DNA of 64,000 nt. Origin: Ignavibacteriales bacterium (GTDB taxonomy: Bacteria; Bacteroidota; Ignavibacteria; UBA10030; BY39). Made by a program: the position numbers and the translations under genes. The first letter of the stretch is position 1, and each line of letters opens with the position of its first letter. Under the pieces are notes generated by a model. It was not told the origin of the DNA. It was given only the letters and a program-made list of their open reading frames with translations, and did not search any database. Shown piece by piece: positions 28,845 through 38,905 of this stretch. The stretch is from positions 18,683 to 82,682 of the forward strand of contig JBBIOD010000004.1 in NCBI GenBank assembly GCA_037443545.1. The letters are read 5' to 3'.

Positions 28845-29963
28845 TTAAAAAATGCTTTCATAAATTCTGTATGTTTTATAACGAATTGAATGCATCGTTT
28901 CGGCATTGCGGTTCATCATCACGTTGTCTTCGAGTACCCAGCTTGCTTCGCCCCAATTGTAACCGAGTTCAAGTGCACGTTCAGCTGTTTCAAAAAATAA
29001 CACACCTGCCGCTCCGGTCTTTTGGTATTCTTTTAAAACTCCTAACGCGATTATCCGAACTCCATCAATTTTCTTTTTATGACGCATTAACCTGATCAGT
29101 CCGGGAATCAAGCGTCCCTTTTTGTTGTATCTTAACGCAATGTTTATGTCGGGCAGCGATAATGCGAAGCCGATAGGTTTATCTTCGACTTCTGCGAATA
29201 TAACGAGGTCGGGAACAGCCACAGGCTTGAGCGATTTTGCCAGTGCTCTGAATTCGTCGTCTGTCATTTTAACAGCGCCCCAGTTGTATTGCCATGCGTC
29301 GTTGTAAACTTGATGTATCTTCTTTACCTCTTCATCAAAAATTTTCATGTCGAGGCTTCGAAAAGTAATTTTATTACGTTCTTTCACTAATTGTGAAACT
29401 CTCGAAAGTTTTTCGCGGTTGACTTTGTGTTGTTCCAAAAAGTGGGCATACAAATCTTTTGCTTTTTGGAACCCCGCACCTTCAATCAACTTGCTGTAGT
29501 AGGGTGGATTGTAAGGCATCATTACTGCCGGCGATTTATCGAAGCCATCAATCAGCAATCCGTATTCGTCGTTCACCGATGGATTCGCAGGACCTCTCAT
29601 AACTGACAAACTCTTATTTTTCAACCACTTACGTGCAGTGTTAAACAACTCGTTTGCGGCTGATTGGTCGTCTATACACTCGAAAAATCCGAAAAATCCG
29701 ATATTCTCGTTGTGTTCGATGTTATGATTATGATTGATGATAGCAGCGATCCTGCCAACAACCTCATTATTTTTTAGTGCAAGGAAAAATTCTGCTTGAG
29801 CGTGTTTGTAGAATGGATTTTTTTTTCGATCTACTAAAAACCTTCGTTCAAATAAAAGTGGAGGAACCCAGTAATGGTTTCCCTCATAAATTTTCCAGGG
29901 AAATTTTACAAACTTATTAAACTCGCTTCGGGTTTTTACAACCGTAATTGTAATTTTATTCAT
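28845..29963 (-). CDS. GNAT-fold N-acyltransferase, candidate bacterial ceramide synthase (bCerS-like)
   Basis: 372 aa. The C-terminal GNAT core …IIALGVLKEYQKTGAAGVLFFETAERALELGYNWGEASWVLEDN…. Its ATG shares the A of the spt TAA (TAATG), so it is co-transcribed with spt. Confidence 0.5.
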   Translation of the reverse strand: MNKITITVVKTRSEFNKFVKFPWKIYEGNHYWVPPLLFERRFLVDRKKNPFYKHAQAEFFLALKNNEVVGRIAAIINHNHNIEHNENIGFFGFFECIDDQSAANELFNTARKWLKNKSLSVMRGPANPSVNDEYGLLIDGFDKSPAVMMPYNPPYYSKLIEGAGFQKAKDLYAHFLEQHKVNREKLSRVSQLVKERNKITFRSLDMKIFDEEVKKIHQVYNDAWQYNWGAVKMTDDEFRALAKSLKPVAVPDLVIFAEVEDKPIGFALSLPDINIALRYNKKGRLIPGLIRLMRHKKKIDGVRIIALGVLKEYQKTGAAGVLFFETAERALELGYNWGEASWVLEDNVMMNRNAETMHSIRYKTYRIYESIF

Positions 29964-31330
29964 TAGTTTATCAAGCCGAGTTTTTTTCCGGCTTGAATGA
30001 ATACTTCAAGAATTTTATCTAGTTGTTCCTCCTCGTGAGTTGCCATATAGCTGGTTCGCATCATTTGCATTCCGGGTGGGACGCCAGGACTGATGAATGT
30101 GTTCACAAAAACGCCGTTGTCGAATAATTCTTTCCACAATTTAAATGCGAGCATATCGTCACCTATGATAACCGGAATTATTGCTGTTTGTCCATCGATA
30201 ATTTTAAAGCCGGCTTTTTTGAATCCTTGTCGCATTTTGTTTGCGTTGCGTATAAGCTTGTCGATCCGTTCCGGTTCTTTCTCTAAAATATCGAGAGCTG
30301 CTAATGCCGCTGCAACCGAAGCTGGTGTAGGACTGGCGCTGAAAATCAATGCTGCCGAATGGTGCTTCAAAAAATTTATAACACGTTCCGAGCCGACAAC
30401 AAAACCTCCGAGCGATGCAAAAGTTTTACTGAAAGTTCCAAATGTTAAATCGGTTTCCTCTACCAAATTGAAATGACTCGCAGTTCCTCTGCCCCCTTTT
30501 CCAATAACGCCGACTGCATGAGCGTCGTCAACTAAAGTTCGGGCGTTATATTTCTTAGCAATCGATACGAGGGCTGGTAAATCGACGATATTGCCCGACG
30601 TGCTGAAAACGCCATCGGTTACAATTAATTTTCCGGCTTCTAATGGAAGTCGTTTAATTACACGCTCCAGATCGTTCATGTCGTTATGCTTGTAACGAAC
30701 GAAGTCGGCAAACATCCCCTTCGCCATAACAACACCCGCTACGATACTGGCGTGATTATCTTTGTCGGTAATTACATACTCGCCGCGTTGAACGAGTGTT
30801 GGAATTATTCCTTGAGCTGTTTGATAACCGGTGCTGAATAGCAGGCAGGCTTCTGTGCCCATAAATTTTGCCATTCGAGCCTCAAACTCGTTGTGCAGAT
30901 CCAGAGTTCCGGTTAAGTATCTTGAACCCGAGCAACCACTTCCATACTTTTCTACGGCTTTAATTGCTGCTTCTTTAACTTTCGGATGTGCTGTTAAACC
31001 CAAATAATTATTTGAACCAGCCATTATTACTCTGCGTCCTTCTATTTCAACAACAGGACCTTCGTTTTCCTCGATTGTTCTGAAATATGGATATAGACCG
31101 GCGGCTTTAACCTCGTCGGCGCGGGTGAAAGAAAAACATTTATCAAATAGATCGACCGGGATTTTAGGTCCACTTTCCTCTATAACAGTAACATCAGGTT
31201 TTGTTTCCACTTCTGCGGATGTTTCGTTTTTTGTTTTCCAGTTGAATTTACCTTTAAACGAAGTTGCCCAATCAGTCATGTTCTTCCGCCAGTTAAAAAA
31301 TGAGGTTCTGTTTGAAAATTGATTTGTCAT
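29963..31330 (-). CDS. spt: Serine palmitoyltransferase-like alpha-oxoamine synthase (PLP-dependent)
   Basis: AOS-family motifs [43 protein letters not shown] (PLP Lys). About 60-aa N-terminal extension. Confidence 0.8.
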   Translation of the reverse strand: MTNQFSNRTSFFNWRKNMTDWATSFKGKFNWKTKNETSAEVETKPDVTVIEESGPKIPVDLFDKCFSFTRADEVKAAGLYPYFRTIEENEGPVVEIEGRRVIMAGSNNYLGLTAHPKVKEAAIKAVEKYGSGCSGSRYLTGTLDLHNEFEARMAKFMGTEACLLFSTGYQTAQGIIPTLVQRGEYVITDKDNHASIVAGVVMAKGMFADFVRYKHNDMNDLERVIKRLPLEAGKLIVTDGVFSTSGNIVDLPALVSIAKKYNARTLVDDAHAVGVIGKGGRGTASHFNLVEETDLTFGTFSKTFASLGGFVVGSERVINFLKHHSAALIFSASPTPASVAAALAALDILEKEPERIDKLIRNANKMRQGFKKAGFKIIDGQTAIIPVIIGDDMLAFKLWKELFDNGVFVNTFISPGVPPGMQMMRTSYMATHEEEQLDKILEVFIQAGKKLGLIN

Positions 31331-31426
31331 TAGTAATTTCCTTGAATAACCGTTAAATTTGAATACAAAATTTATTTTTAATATACTTCATATAATTAAA
31401 AAAGTCAATCAAATTAAAACTTATAA

Positions 31427-32410
31427 ATGATAAAAATTTTTGTTACAGGTTCAACCGGATTCATAGGTAGCCATTTAGTTGAGCGCCTGATTAAAAAAGG
31501 ATATCGTGTAAAATGTTTAGTCCGAAAACACTCTAACAACAAGTGGCTGAAAAAGTTACCTGTTGAGTATGTTTACGGCGATTTGTTCGATGTTGAGCCC
31601 TTGCGAAAAGCTATTTCAGATGTCCAATATATTTACCACATTGCGGGGGTTACTGCATCAAGAACAAAAAGAGGTTATTTTCTGGGAAATCAGGAAGCAA
31701 CTAAAGTATTGTTGAAGGCAGCCGAAACTAATTCGAATTTAAAGCGGTTCGTTTTGGCTGGAAGTTTATCTGCGGTCGGTCCATCAACCGATGGTAAAAC
31801 GGTGAATGAAGAATCGAAATTGCAGCCGATAACCACATACGGAAAAAGTAAGTTGGCGGCTGAAAAAGAAGTATTAAGTTTCCAGGATAAAATTCCTTTT
31901 ACAATTGTTCGAATCCCGGCAGTTTACGGTCCGCGCGATACGGCAACGTTAGATTTTTTTAAAACTGTTAATAATGGTATTATTCCGTTGGTAGGCTTTA
32001 AAAATAAATATGTAAATATTTTGCATGTTGATGATGTCGTTGATGGACTTATTTTAGCTGGCGAGCATCCTGATGCTGTGGGAAAAACATATTTCATTGG
32101 AAGCGACAAAGCATATACTTGGGAAGATATCGGAAAAGTAACACAAGAAATTATCCATCGCAAAACTATCAAGGTTAGGATTCCTGAATTCATCGTTGTA
32201 ATTGTTGCTGCCATATATCATCTGATTGATATTTTCAGTAAAAAGCCTTCAGTGTTTAATTTCGAAAAAAGCAAAGATATAATTGCCGATGCTTGGATTT
32301 GCGATATATTGAAAGCCAAAAACGAGCTGGGATTTCAACAGAAGATTACTTTAGAAGAAGGGGTAAAAGAAACTTTTAAATGGTATAAGGAAGTTGGTTG
32401 GATAAAATAA
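31427..32410 (+). CDS. NAD-dependent epimerase/dehydratase-family reductase (extended SDR); candidate ceramide-pathway reductase (CerR-like)
   Basis: Rossmann motif VTGSTGFIGSHLVERL and catalytic YGKSK. It is divergently transcribed from spt. Confidence 0.7.
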   Translation: MIKIFVTGSTGFIGSHLVERLIKKGYRVKCLVRKHSNNKWLKKLPVEYVYGDLFDVEPLRKAISDVQYIYHIAGVTASRTKRGYFLGNQEATKVLLKAAETNSNLKRFVLAGSLSAVGPSTDGKTVNEESKLQPITTYGKSKLAAEKEVLSFQDKIPFTIVRIPAVYGPRDTATLDFFKTVNNGIIPLVGFKNKYVNILHVDDVVDGLILAGEHPDAVGKTYFIGSDKAYTWEDIGKVTQEIIHRKTIKVRIPEFIVVIVAAIYHLIDIFSKKPSVFNFEKSKDIIADAWICDILKAKNELGFQQKITLEEGVKETFKWYKEVGWIK

Positions 32411-32498
32411 GATCCAGATTTTCGCTGAGTTTGCTTTTCATCTTTTGAATTGGTAAAATTATGCAGGTCTAACCTATAACAATCTGAAAGGAACAGTT

Positions 32499-35345
32499 AT
32501 GTTGAACCGGTATGTTTTTATAATTTTCATAATTATACTAACTATCTCTACAATTCTTGGGCAGGAGGAAAATTATTTTACCGTCGAAATTAATTTCAAA
32601 CCAGGGCAATCAGCAGAAAACCTCCAAGATTTAATTCCAACATTCCGTATTATTTCACAAACCGAAAATTCAGTATCAGGAAAAATTTCGCCGCGTGATT
32701 TTTCCAGTATCCGTTTAGGTGAATATGCTTATAAAGTTTTAAGTGTTCCGAAGTCTGTTCATCTTTCACCTCAAATCAACAAACAGGCAGGATCGGCAAA
32801 TCCACACGTCCAAACAATGATTAATAGTGTATCGACCGATACATTAAGAGAAAAAATATTAACTCTCCAAAATTTTGGAACACGCTATGAGTATACGGCT
32901 CAGCAGGAATCGGCAGGAGTTTATATTTATAACCAATTTGTTAAGTGGGGACTTCAAGCTGAATACGATACATATACTTTCGGTATCCACACTGTTACGA
33001 TATACGATATCGATTTCATAGATGAAAATACTGGATGGTTGGTAGGGAATAATGGTATGATTGTAAAAACTACGGATGGTGGTGAGTCATGGTTTGCCCG
33101 CCCAGGTGGAACTTCGTTGCATTTATTCGGAGTTGATTTCGTAAATAGTTTAACTGGTTGGGCTGTAGGTAACAGCGGATCGATCCTAAAAACTACAAAC
33201 GGAGGGGAAAGATGGATTCAACAAACTAGCGGCCAAAGTGTTGCTCTTTACGATGTTTGTTTTGTAGACGATCAACTCGGTTTGGTTGTGGGTGCCACAG
33301 GTAAAATTTTTAGAACTACGAACGGAGGAACCAACTGGTCGAGTGTAACTTCAGGAACGACTCAAACCTTGCGTGAATTACAATTTGTGGATAATCTGAA
33401 CGCCTGGACAGTAGGGTTTGGGGGAACAATCCTGCGAACGACTAATGGGGGTATTAACTGGTCAGCCCAATCTCCACCGTCGGGCATTACAAGTAACTTA
33501 CGGGCTGTAAGTTTCATAGATAATCAAAATGGTTGGGTCGTGGGTGATGGATTCGTAATTTTAAAAACTACAAACGGTGGTGCAAACTGGGTACACCAAT
33601 ATGCACCGATCGGAGTTGAAAATACATTCCGGGGTGTATCGTTCGTTAATTCCCAAACCGGATGGGTTGTTGATTATGCCGGCGTTATAATTAAAACTAC
33701 TGACGGCGGAAACAGTTGGGCTGTTCAATACTCACACTTAGGTTGGAATGCAAAACTTACAAATATTAAAGCTACTTCGAGTAATCTTGTTACAGCGTGT
33801 GGAGTTTCAGGAAATATCTATAAAACAACTAACAGTGGTTTTAATTGGCTGCGTAGAACAGAATCGCTTCCAGAACAATATCTTCATACATCAAGCAACA
33901 TTGTTGCAACAATACCCGGAACAATTTCGCCGGAAAAAGAATGTATCATAGTTGGACATTACGATTCATACAGCAACAACCCGTATGTTGCGGCACCGGG
34001 GGCGAATGATAATGGAACCGGCACAGCTGCGGTGATGGAAGCTGCACGTTTGTGTAAAGATTTCGGTTTTGAAAATACAATACGCTTTATAGCTGTTTCG
34101 GCTGAAGAGCACGGTATGTTCGGGAGCGATTACTACGCTTTTAAAGCTCGCGATGAAGGGAGAAATATCATTGCTGTTGTAAACGGAGATATGATTGGTT
34201 ATCCAACGACAGCGGACACCTCACGCATGATTACCAGCAGTTATCAAAGACTAAACCGTTTAATCGATTCCGCTGCAATTTACAATCAGCGTTATAATAT
34301 CGGATTGACAATTGTTCCGATTATAGACAATACAGGAGCGAGCGACTACGGACCATTCGCGTTAGCAGGATATGACGCACTGCATGTTGCTGAAGGAACT
34401 CCAGAAGAAATTTGGGGTGGCGCCGACCCCTACTATCATACCGTGAACGATACTTACGACAAACTAACACCAAGTTTAATACGCAAGGGTACACAACTTA
34501 TGCTTGCTACTGTAGCTGAACTTGCCAAACCGTTTAAGCGTGGAAGTGTGAGTGGAAAGGTTTATCAAGATTTAGATCGAGATAGTTCGACTGTCGGCGA
34601 TTCGACTCTTCAAGATTGGGTAATCAAAGTTTATAAAGATGGAGTTTTACAAAGGCGAGTTACAACCGATAAAAACGGAAATTATTCTATCTACGATTTA
34701 TTGCCGAATACCTATACTGTCGAAGAGAGTTTATACAACAATTGGTCTCAATCATTTCCACATGTAACATTACCCGGTGTAACGACCACAACTTATGGTG
34801 CGAATGCAGCACCCCGTGCATACACAATTAATTTGGATTCAAATCATAATGCGACAAATAAAGATTTTGCTAATTATCCTCTGGATTTTCTAATGGTAAA
34901 GCTTCAATATAATCCGGGATGGAATTTGATATCAGTTCCACTCGGTGTCGCAAATTTTGAGAAGGATATAATTTTTCCAAGTTCGATTTCAAATGCATAC
35001 AGTTACGAAGAAAATTATCGCATAACAAATACGCTTGATAATGGTATTGGCTTTTGGTTGAAATTTCCGTCAATCACTGATGCGCAAATAGTTGGTTCAA
35101 TTATTTCATCCGATACCATTTATTTGAATGTTGGATGGAATTTAATCGGGTCGATATCGTATCCAATTTCTGTCTCTTCGATGGAAACAATTCCCCCTGG
35201 AATACTCAGTAGTAAGATATATGGATATTTCTACGGTTATTATATTGCAACAACTTTATATCCGGGTCGTGCATATTGGGTAAAATCGTGTTCTACCGGG
35301 TTATTAATTTTATCTGCCTCGACTTTTGTAAAATCCACCGAGTGA
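32499..35345 (+). CDS. Multidomain secreted protein: N-terminal domain, Ycf48/BNR-like beta-propeller repeats, an M28 zinc aminopeptidase domain, a CarbopepD-regulatory/SdrD-B-like domain, and a C-terminal GWN/YW repeat module
   Basis: At least six TT(D/N)GG(E/T/I/A/N)(S/R/N)W propeller repeats. M28 motifs HYDSY…ANDNGTG…SAEEHGMFGSDYY…VVNGDMIG. Then GSVSGKVYQDLDRD…DKNGNYSIYDLLPNTY. Confidence 0.75.
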   Translation: MLNRYVFIIFIIILTISTILGQEENYFTVEINFKPGQSAENLQDLIPTFRIISQTENSVSGKISPRDFSSIRLGEYAYKVLSVPKSVHLSPQINKQAGSANPHVQTMINSVSTDTLREKILTLQNFGTRYEYTAQQESAGVYIYNQFVKWGLQAEYDTYTFGIHTVTIYDIDFIDENTGWLVGNNGMIVKTTDGGESWFARPGGTSLHLFGVDFVNSLTGWAVGNSGSILKTTNGGERWIQQTSGQSVALYDVCFVDDQLGLVVGATGKIFRTTNGGTNWSSVTSGTTQTLRELQFVDNLNAWTVGFGGTILRTTNGGINWSAQSPPSGITSNLRAVSFIDNQNGWVVGDGFVILKTTNGGANWVHQYAPIGVENTFRGVSFVNSQTGWVVDYAGVIIKTTDGGNSWAVQYSHLGWNAKLTNIKATSSNLVTACGVSGNIYKTTNSGFNWLRRTESLPEQYLHTSSNIVATIPGTISPEKECIIVGHYDSYSNNPYVAAPGANDNGTGTAAVMEAARLCKDFGFENTIRFIAVSAEEHGMFGSDYYAFKARDEGRNIIAVVNGDMIGYPTTADTSRMITSSYQRLNRLIDSAAIYNQRYNIGLTIVPIIDNTGASDYGPFALAGYDALHVAEGTPEEIWGGADPYYHTVNDTYDKLTPSLIRKGTQLMLATVAELAKPFKRGSVSGKVYQDLDRDSSTVGDSTLQDWVIKVYKDGVLQRRVTTDKNGNYSIYDLLPNTYTVEESLYNNWSQSFPHVTLPGVTTTTYGANAAPRAYTINLDSNHNATNKDFANYPLDFLMVKLQYNPGWNLISVPLGVANFEKDIIFPSSISNAYSYEENYRITNTLDNGIGFWLKFPSITDAQIVGSIISSDTIYLNVGWNLIGSISYPISVSSMETIPPGILSSKIYGYFYGYYIATTLYPGRAYWVKSCSTGLLILSASTFVKSTE

Positions 35346-35466
35346 GTCATTGGTCATTATTTTTAAATTCAAAATCCCTGCCCGTCAAAATCTGTAGGAT
35401 GTGGTAGGGTAAATTCTAAAAAAGTCCGCCTCCCGAGATTAATTATTTATTTAACGGAGGTGAACT

Positions 35467-38400
35467 ATGAAATTTTACATACTACTTTCAATTTTTCTAA
35501 CTTCAGCGACTATTAGTCAAGTTGCTCAATTCCCTTATTTCCAAAATTTTGATAGCTCTTACATCATCACTCCATCATTACCGGTGGGATGGTCGTCAAC
35601 TCAAAACCGGACTACAGGAACGAACGATTTTACAACGACCGCATCTACCCCTAACTCAAATCCGAATGCGGTAGTTTCTACGAATGCTCGTATTAATCAA
35701 AGTTTGATTTCGCCAGTTTTCAATTTCTCGGGTAAGTTAGTCGATTCGCTCAAATTCTTTGAACGCCGCTCATCCACCCACGATTCAGGAGTTCTTATAG
35801 AAGTATCAACTGACGGCGGAAGCACTTACAATTTTATTATAAGCGATACAATAAAATATGCAGGTCATACAAATTATTTACAACGAAGAATTCAACTTCC
35901 GGCAATGCTGAACAATCAAGCTTATGTAAAATTCCGTTGGAGAGTTGTCGGAAATGGTACCGGTACTTCTGGAACAATTCGATTTGATGATGTTATGATT
36001 ACTGCAAAAGTAAAAACTGACCCAGGAATATCGTTGATAAATTATAATCCTATTTTCCCTACATTTGGCGATTCGCTGATATTAAAAACAACAATTAAAA
36101 ATTTCGGCTTGGATGCGGTACAGAACTTCCAGTTATCATTATTTATTGATGCGAATTTTGATTCGATTGCACAGACGAGCGAATTGTACCATACTATTTC
36201 GCTGGACTCGATATTGCATCAGCACGATTCTGTAAAGATTTCTTTCTTCATCCCATTTCAGGGAACGAGCGAACTTCAAACGATAGTTCAGTTGGAAGCG
36301 GTTGGAGACGAAAATATGCAGAACAATAAAAGAATTGTGTATGTGGATTTTGGCATCCATCCATTTTCCGTTGTTGTGAATGAGATAATGTATCGTCCTT
36401 CTGCCCCCGAACCCGAATGGGTTGAATTTACAAACACGACCGACGATTCGATAAATTTGAAATTATGGAAAATATCGGATAACCGAACCACTTCCCGATA
36501 CGCGATTACCTCAATAGACTACTACTTGAAACCAAAAGATTGTGTATTGATTACAAGGGACAGTATAAATCTTTTTGAAGCGCGGCAAAATATTGCCGGC
36601 AAAATTTTCATTGTTTCGTCATTGCCTGCATTCAACAACGACAGCGATGCAGTTGTAATATATGATCGGCGAGGGAAAATTATCGACAGTGCGTTCTACA
36701 AATCGAGTTGGGGCGGGTCAGATGGAAAATCGTTAGAAAGAATCGAGCCGACCGCACCAACAACTTTAAAATCCAACTGGGGCAGTTGCACTCATCCCGA
36801 CGGTGCAACGCCAAACAGAAAAAATTCTCTCACACAAAAAGATTTCGATCTAAGGGTGAGAACTATATTCTTCGACCCGGTATATCCAATCGTTGGTAAC
36901 GAGTTGATAGTGAATTCTGTAATCACCAATAAAGGTAAACAAGCGGTTGGTAATTTTTCAATTGAACTTTATTTGGATGTGAACAAAGATTCGAATTTTC
37001 AGTCATCTGAACTGATGGCATCGTCACATTTTAGCAATTCAATTAATTCAAACGATTCTATTATTTTTTTGAAGTCAATTGAAATTCCCACAGTTGGCAG
37101 TTATAGCTTCATTGCGCGAGTAGTTTTTCCTAACGATGAAGACACACTCAACAATTACAAACTCGCTTCGGTATTTGTCGGGCACAAAACAAACACAATT
37201 GTGATCAACGAATTGATGTTCGCGCCAATCAGTGGCGAGCCGGAGTGGTTTGAACTTTACAATTTATCTGACGATTCAGTAGATATTTGCAACTGGAAAA
37301 TTAGTAACCGGAATTCTTCTTCAAAATATTTGATTACATCTTCTCGAATTCTATTACTGCCGAAAGAATATTTAATTGTAACAAAAGACACTTCGTTGTT
37401 TTTCATAAAACGTCGAGAGATTCCGTCGAAAGTAATTCAATCGCTTTCGATTCCTACTTATCTTTTCAGCAACAATGGCGATGCGGCTGTGCTGTTCGAT
37501 AACAGGAATGTTATGATCGACAGTGTTATTTATCATCCAAGCTGGGGCGGCTCAAACGGAAAATCGCTTGAACGGGTTGAAGCAGCTCTAACTCCTTTAG
37601 ATTCAACAAATTGGGGGAGCTCACTCGATTCCACTGGAGCAACTCCAGGAAAACAAAATTATTTGACACCGTTAGAATTCGATTTGCAGGCGATACGGAT
37701 TTTTTCAGGTAGAAGTTTGCCAAACGAACCGGTAAATATTTTTGTGGCTGTTCGAAATTCCGGAAAGAAGAATGCATCGAATTTTGACATCAAACTATTT
37801 CACGACATCAACGGGGATTCAATTTGGCAGCGTTCAGAATTAATATCAGCACAAAATTTTTCAGGGATGTTATCGTTTAAGGATTCTGTTACACTAAACT
37901 TCTTATGGCAAAATCCGGGCGGCGGAGTTAAGTCGTTAATCGGAATCGTTGAATATCCGAACGAGATGCGATTAAAAGACAACGTTACATACGGGATTTT
38001 AAAAATTGGTTATCCGCAATTGGCGCTTGTTATAAACGAAATAATGTTCGCACCATCAAGCGGAATGTGCGAGTACGTCGAGTTATACAATCGAGAATCC
38101 TTCCCGGTTGAAATGCGTGATTGGAAAATCCACGACAAACCCGACACCGCCGGAAAAGCTAACGAGTTTAAACTGGGAACTTCACTAATTACTGTAAAGC
38201 CGGGCGAATATCTTGTTCTATCAGCCGATTCATCTATCTTGAATTTGTTTAGTTATTTAAGCGATACGAGTGATAATATCCACTTACATATTTTCAAGAA
38301 AAGCAGTTTGAGTTTACACAATGATGGTGATGATGTGGTGTTGAAAGATTTAACCAACCTTGTAATTGATAGTATCAGGTACTCGCCAAAGTGGCACAAC

Positions 38401-38871
38401 CCGGAAATTTACGATGTAAACGCGCGAGCGTTGGAACGAATCAATCCGAATTTGCCTGGCAATGATTATCGCAACTGGACTACAAATGCTAATACAATCG
38501 GCGGTACACCGGGGAAGCGAAATTCGGTTTTTGCTTCGACAATTCCGACAGACGCTTCACTTGTATTTTCACCAAACCCGTTTTCGCCCGACGCCGATGG
38601 ATTTGAAGACCATTGTATAATTTCGTTTAACTTACCATCGACAGCAACGATGATAAGGATTAGAATTTTTGATTCGAGAGGAAGAATTATTCGCACGTTA
38701 GTGAACAACGAGCCGAGTGGCTCAAGCGGACAAGTTATCTGGGATGGGATGAATGATGAAAGACAAAAAACAAGGATCGGAATTTATGTAGTGCTGTTGG
38801 AAGCGTTCGATGTGAACGGTGGAAATGTTAACGCAATAAAAGGCGCTGTGGTTGTCGCGGGAAGGTTGTAA
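35467..38871 (+). CDS. Very large secreted protein with three lamin-tail domains (LTD) interspersed with CARDB-like domains, and a T9SS type-B (CHU_C/FlgD-Ig-like) C-terminal domain
   Basis: LTD motifs VVNEIMYRPSAPEPEWVEFTN, VINELMFAPISGEPEWFELYN, VINEIMFAPSSGMCEYVELYN. The C-terminal tail is FSPNPFSPDADGFEDHCIISFNL…IRIFDSRGRIIRTL…WDGMNDERQ…GIYVV. Confidence 0.75.
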   Translation: MKFYILLSIFLTSATISQVAQFPYFQNFDSSYIITPSLPVGWSSTQNRTTGTNDFTTTASTPNSNPNAVVSTNARINQSLISPVFNFSGKLVDSLKFFERRSSTHDSGVLIEVSTDGGSTYNFIISDTIKYAGHTNYLQRRIQLPAMLNNQAYVKFRWRVVGNGTGTSGTIRFDDVMITAKVKTDPGISLINYNPIFPTFGDSLILKTTIKNFGLDAVQNFQLSLFIDANFDSIAQTSELYHTISLDSILHQHDSVKISFFIPFQGTSELQTIVQLEAVGDENMQNNKRIVYVDFGIHPFSVVVNEIMYRPSAPEPEWVEFTNTTDDSINLKLWKISDNRTTSRYAITSIDYYLKPKDCVLITRDSINLFEARQNIAGKIFIVSSLPAFNNDSDAVVIYDRRGKIIDSAFYKSSWGGSDGKSLERIEPTAPTTLKSNWGSCTHPDGATPNRKNSLTQKDFDLRVRTIFFDPVYPIVGNELIVNSVITNKGKQAVGNFSIELYLDVNKDSNFQSSELMASSHFSNSINSNDSIIFLKSIEIPTVGSYSFIARVVFPNDEDTLNNYKLASVFVGHKTNTIVINELMFAPISGEPEWFELYNLSDDSVDICNWKISNRNSSSKYLITSSRILLLPKEYLIVTKDTSLFFIKRREIPSKVIQSLSIPTYLFSNNGDAAVLFDNRNVMIDSVIYHPSWGGSNGKSLERVEAALTPLDSTNWGSSLDSTGATPGKQNYLTPLEFDLQAIRIFSGRSLPNEPVNIFVAVRNSGKKNASNFDIKLFHDINGDSIWQRSELISAQNFSGMLSFKDSVTLNFLWQNPGGGVKSLIGIVEYPNEMRLKDNVTYGILKIGYPQLALVINEIMFAPSSGMCEYVELYNRESFPVEMRDWKIHDKPDTAGKANEFKLGTSLITVKPGEYLVLSADSSILNLFSYLSDTSDNIHLHIFKKSSLSLHNDGDDVVLKDLTNLVIDSIRYSPKWHNPEIYDVNARALERINPNLPGNDYRNWTTNANTIGGTPGKRNSVFASTIPTDASLVFSPNPFSPDADGFEDHCIISFNLPSTATMIRIRIFDSRGRIIRTLVNNEPSGSSGQVIWDGMNDERQKTRIGIYVVLLEAFDVNGGNVNAIKGAVVVAGRL

Positions 38872-38905
38872 TAGGATCCGTATAAAATTTTATGCGTAGA
38901 AATTA

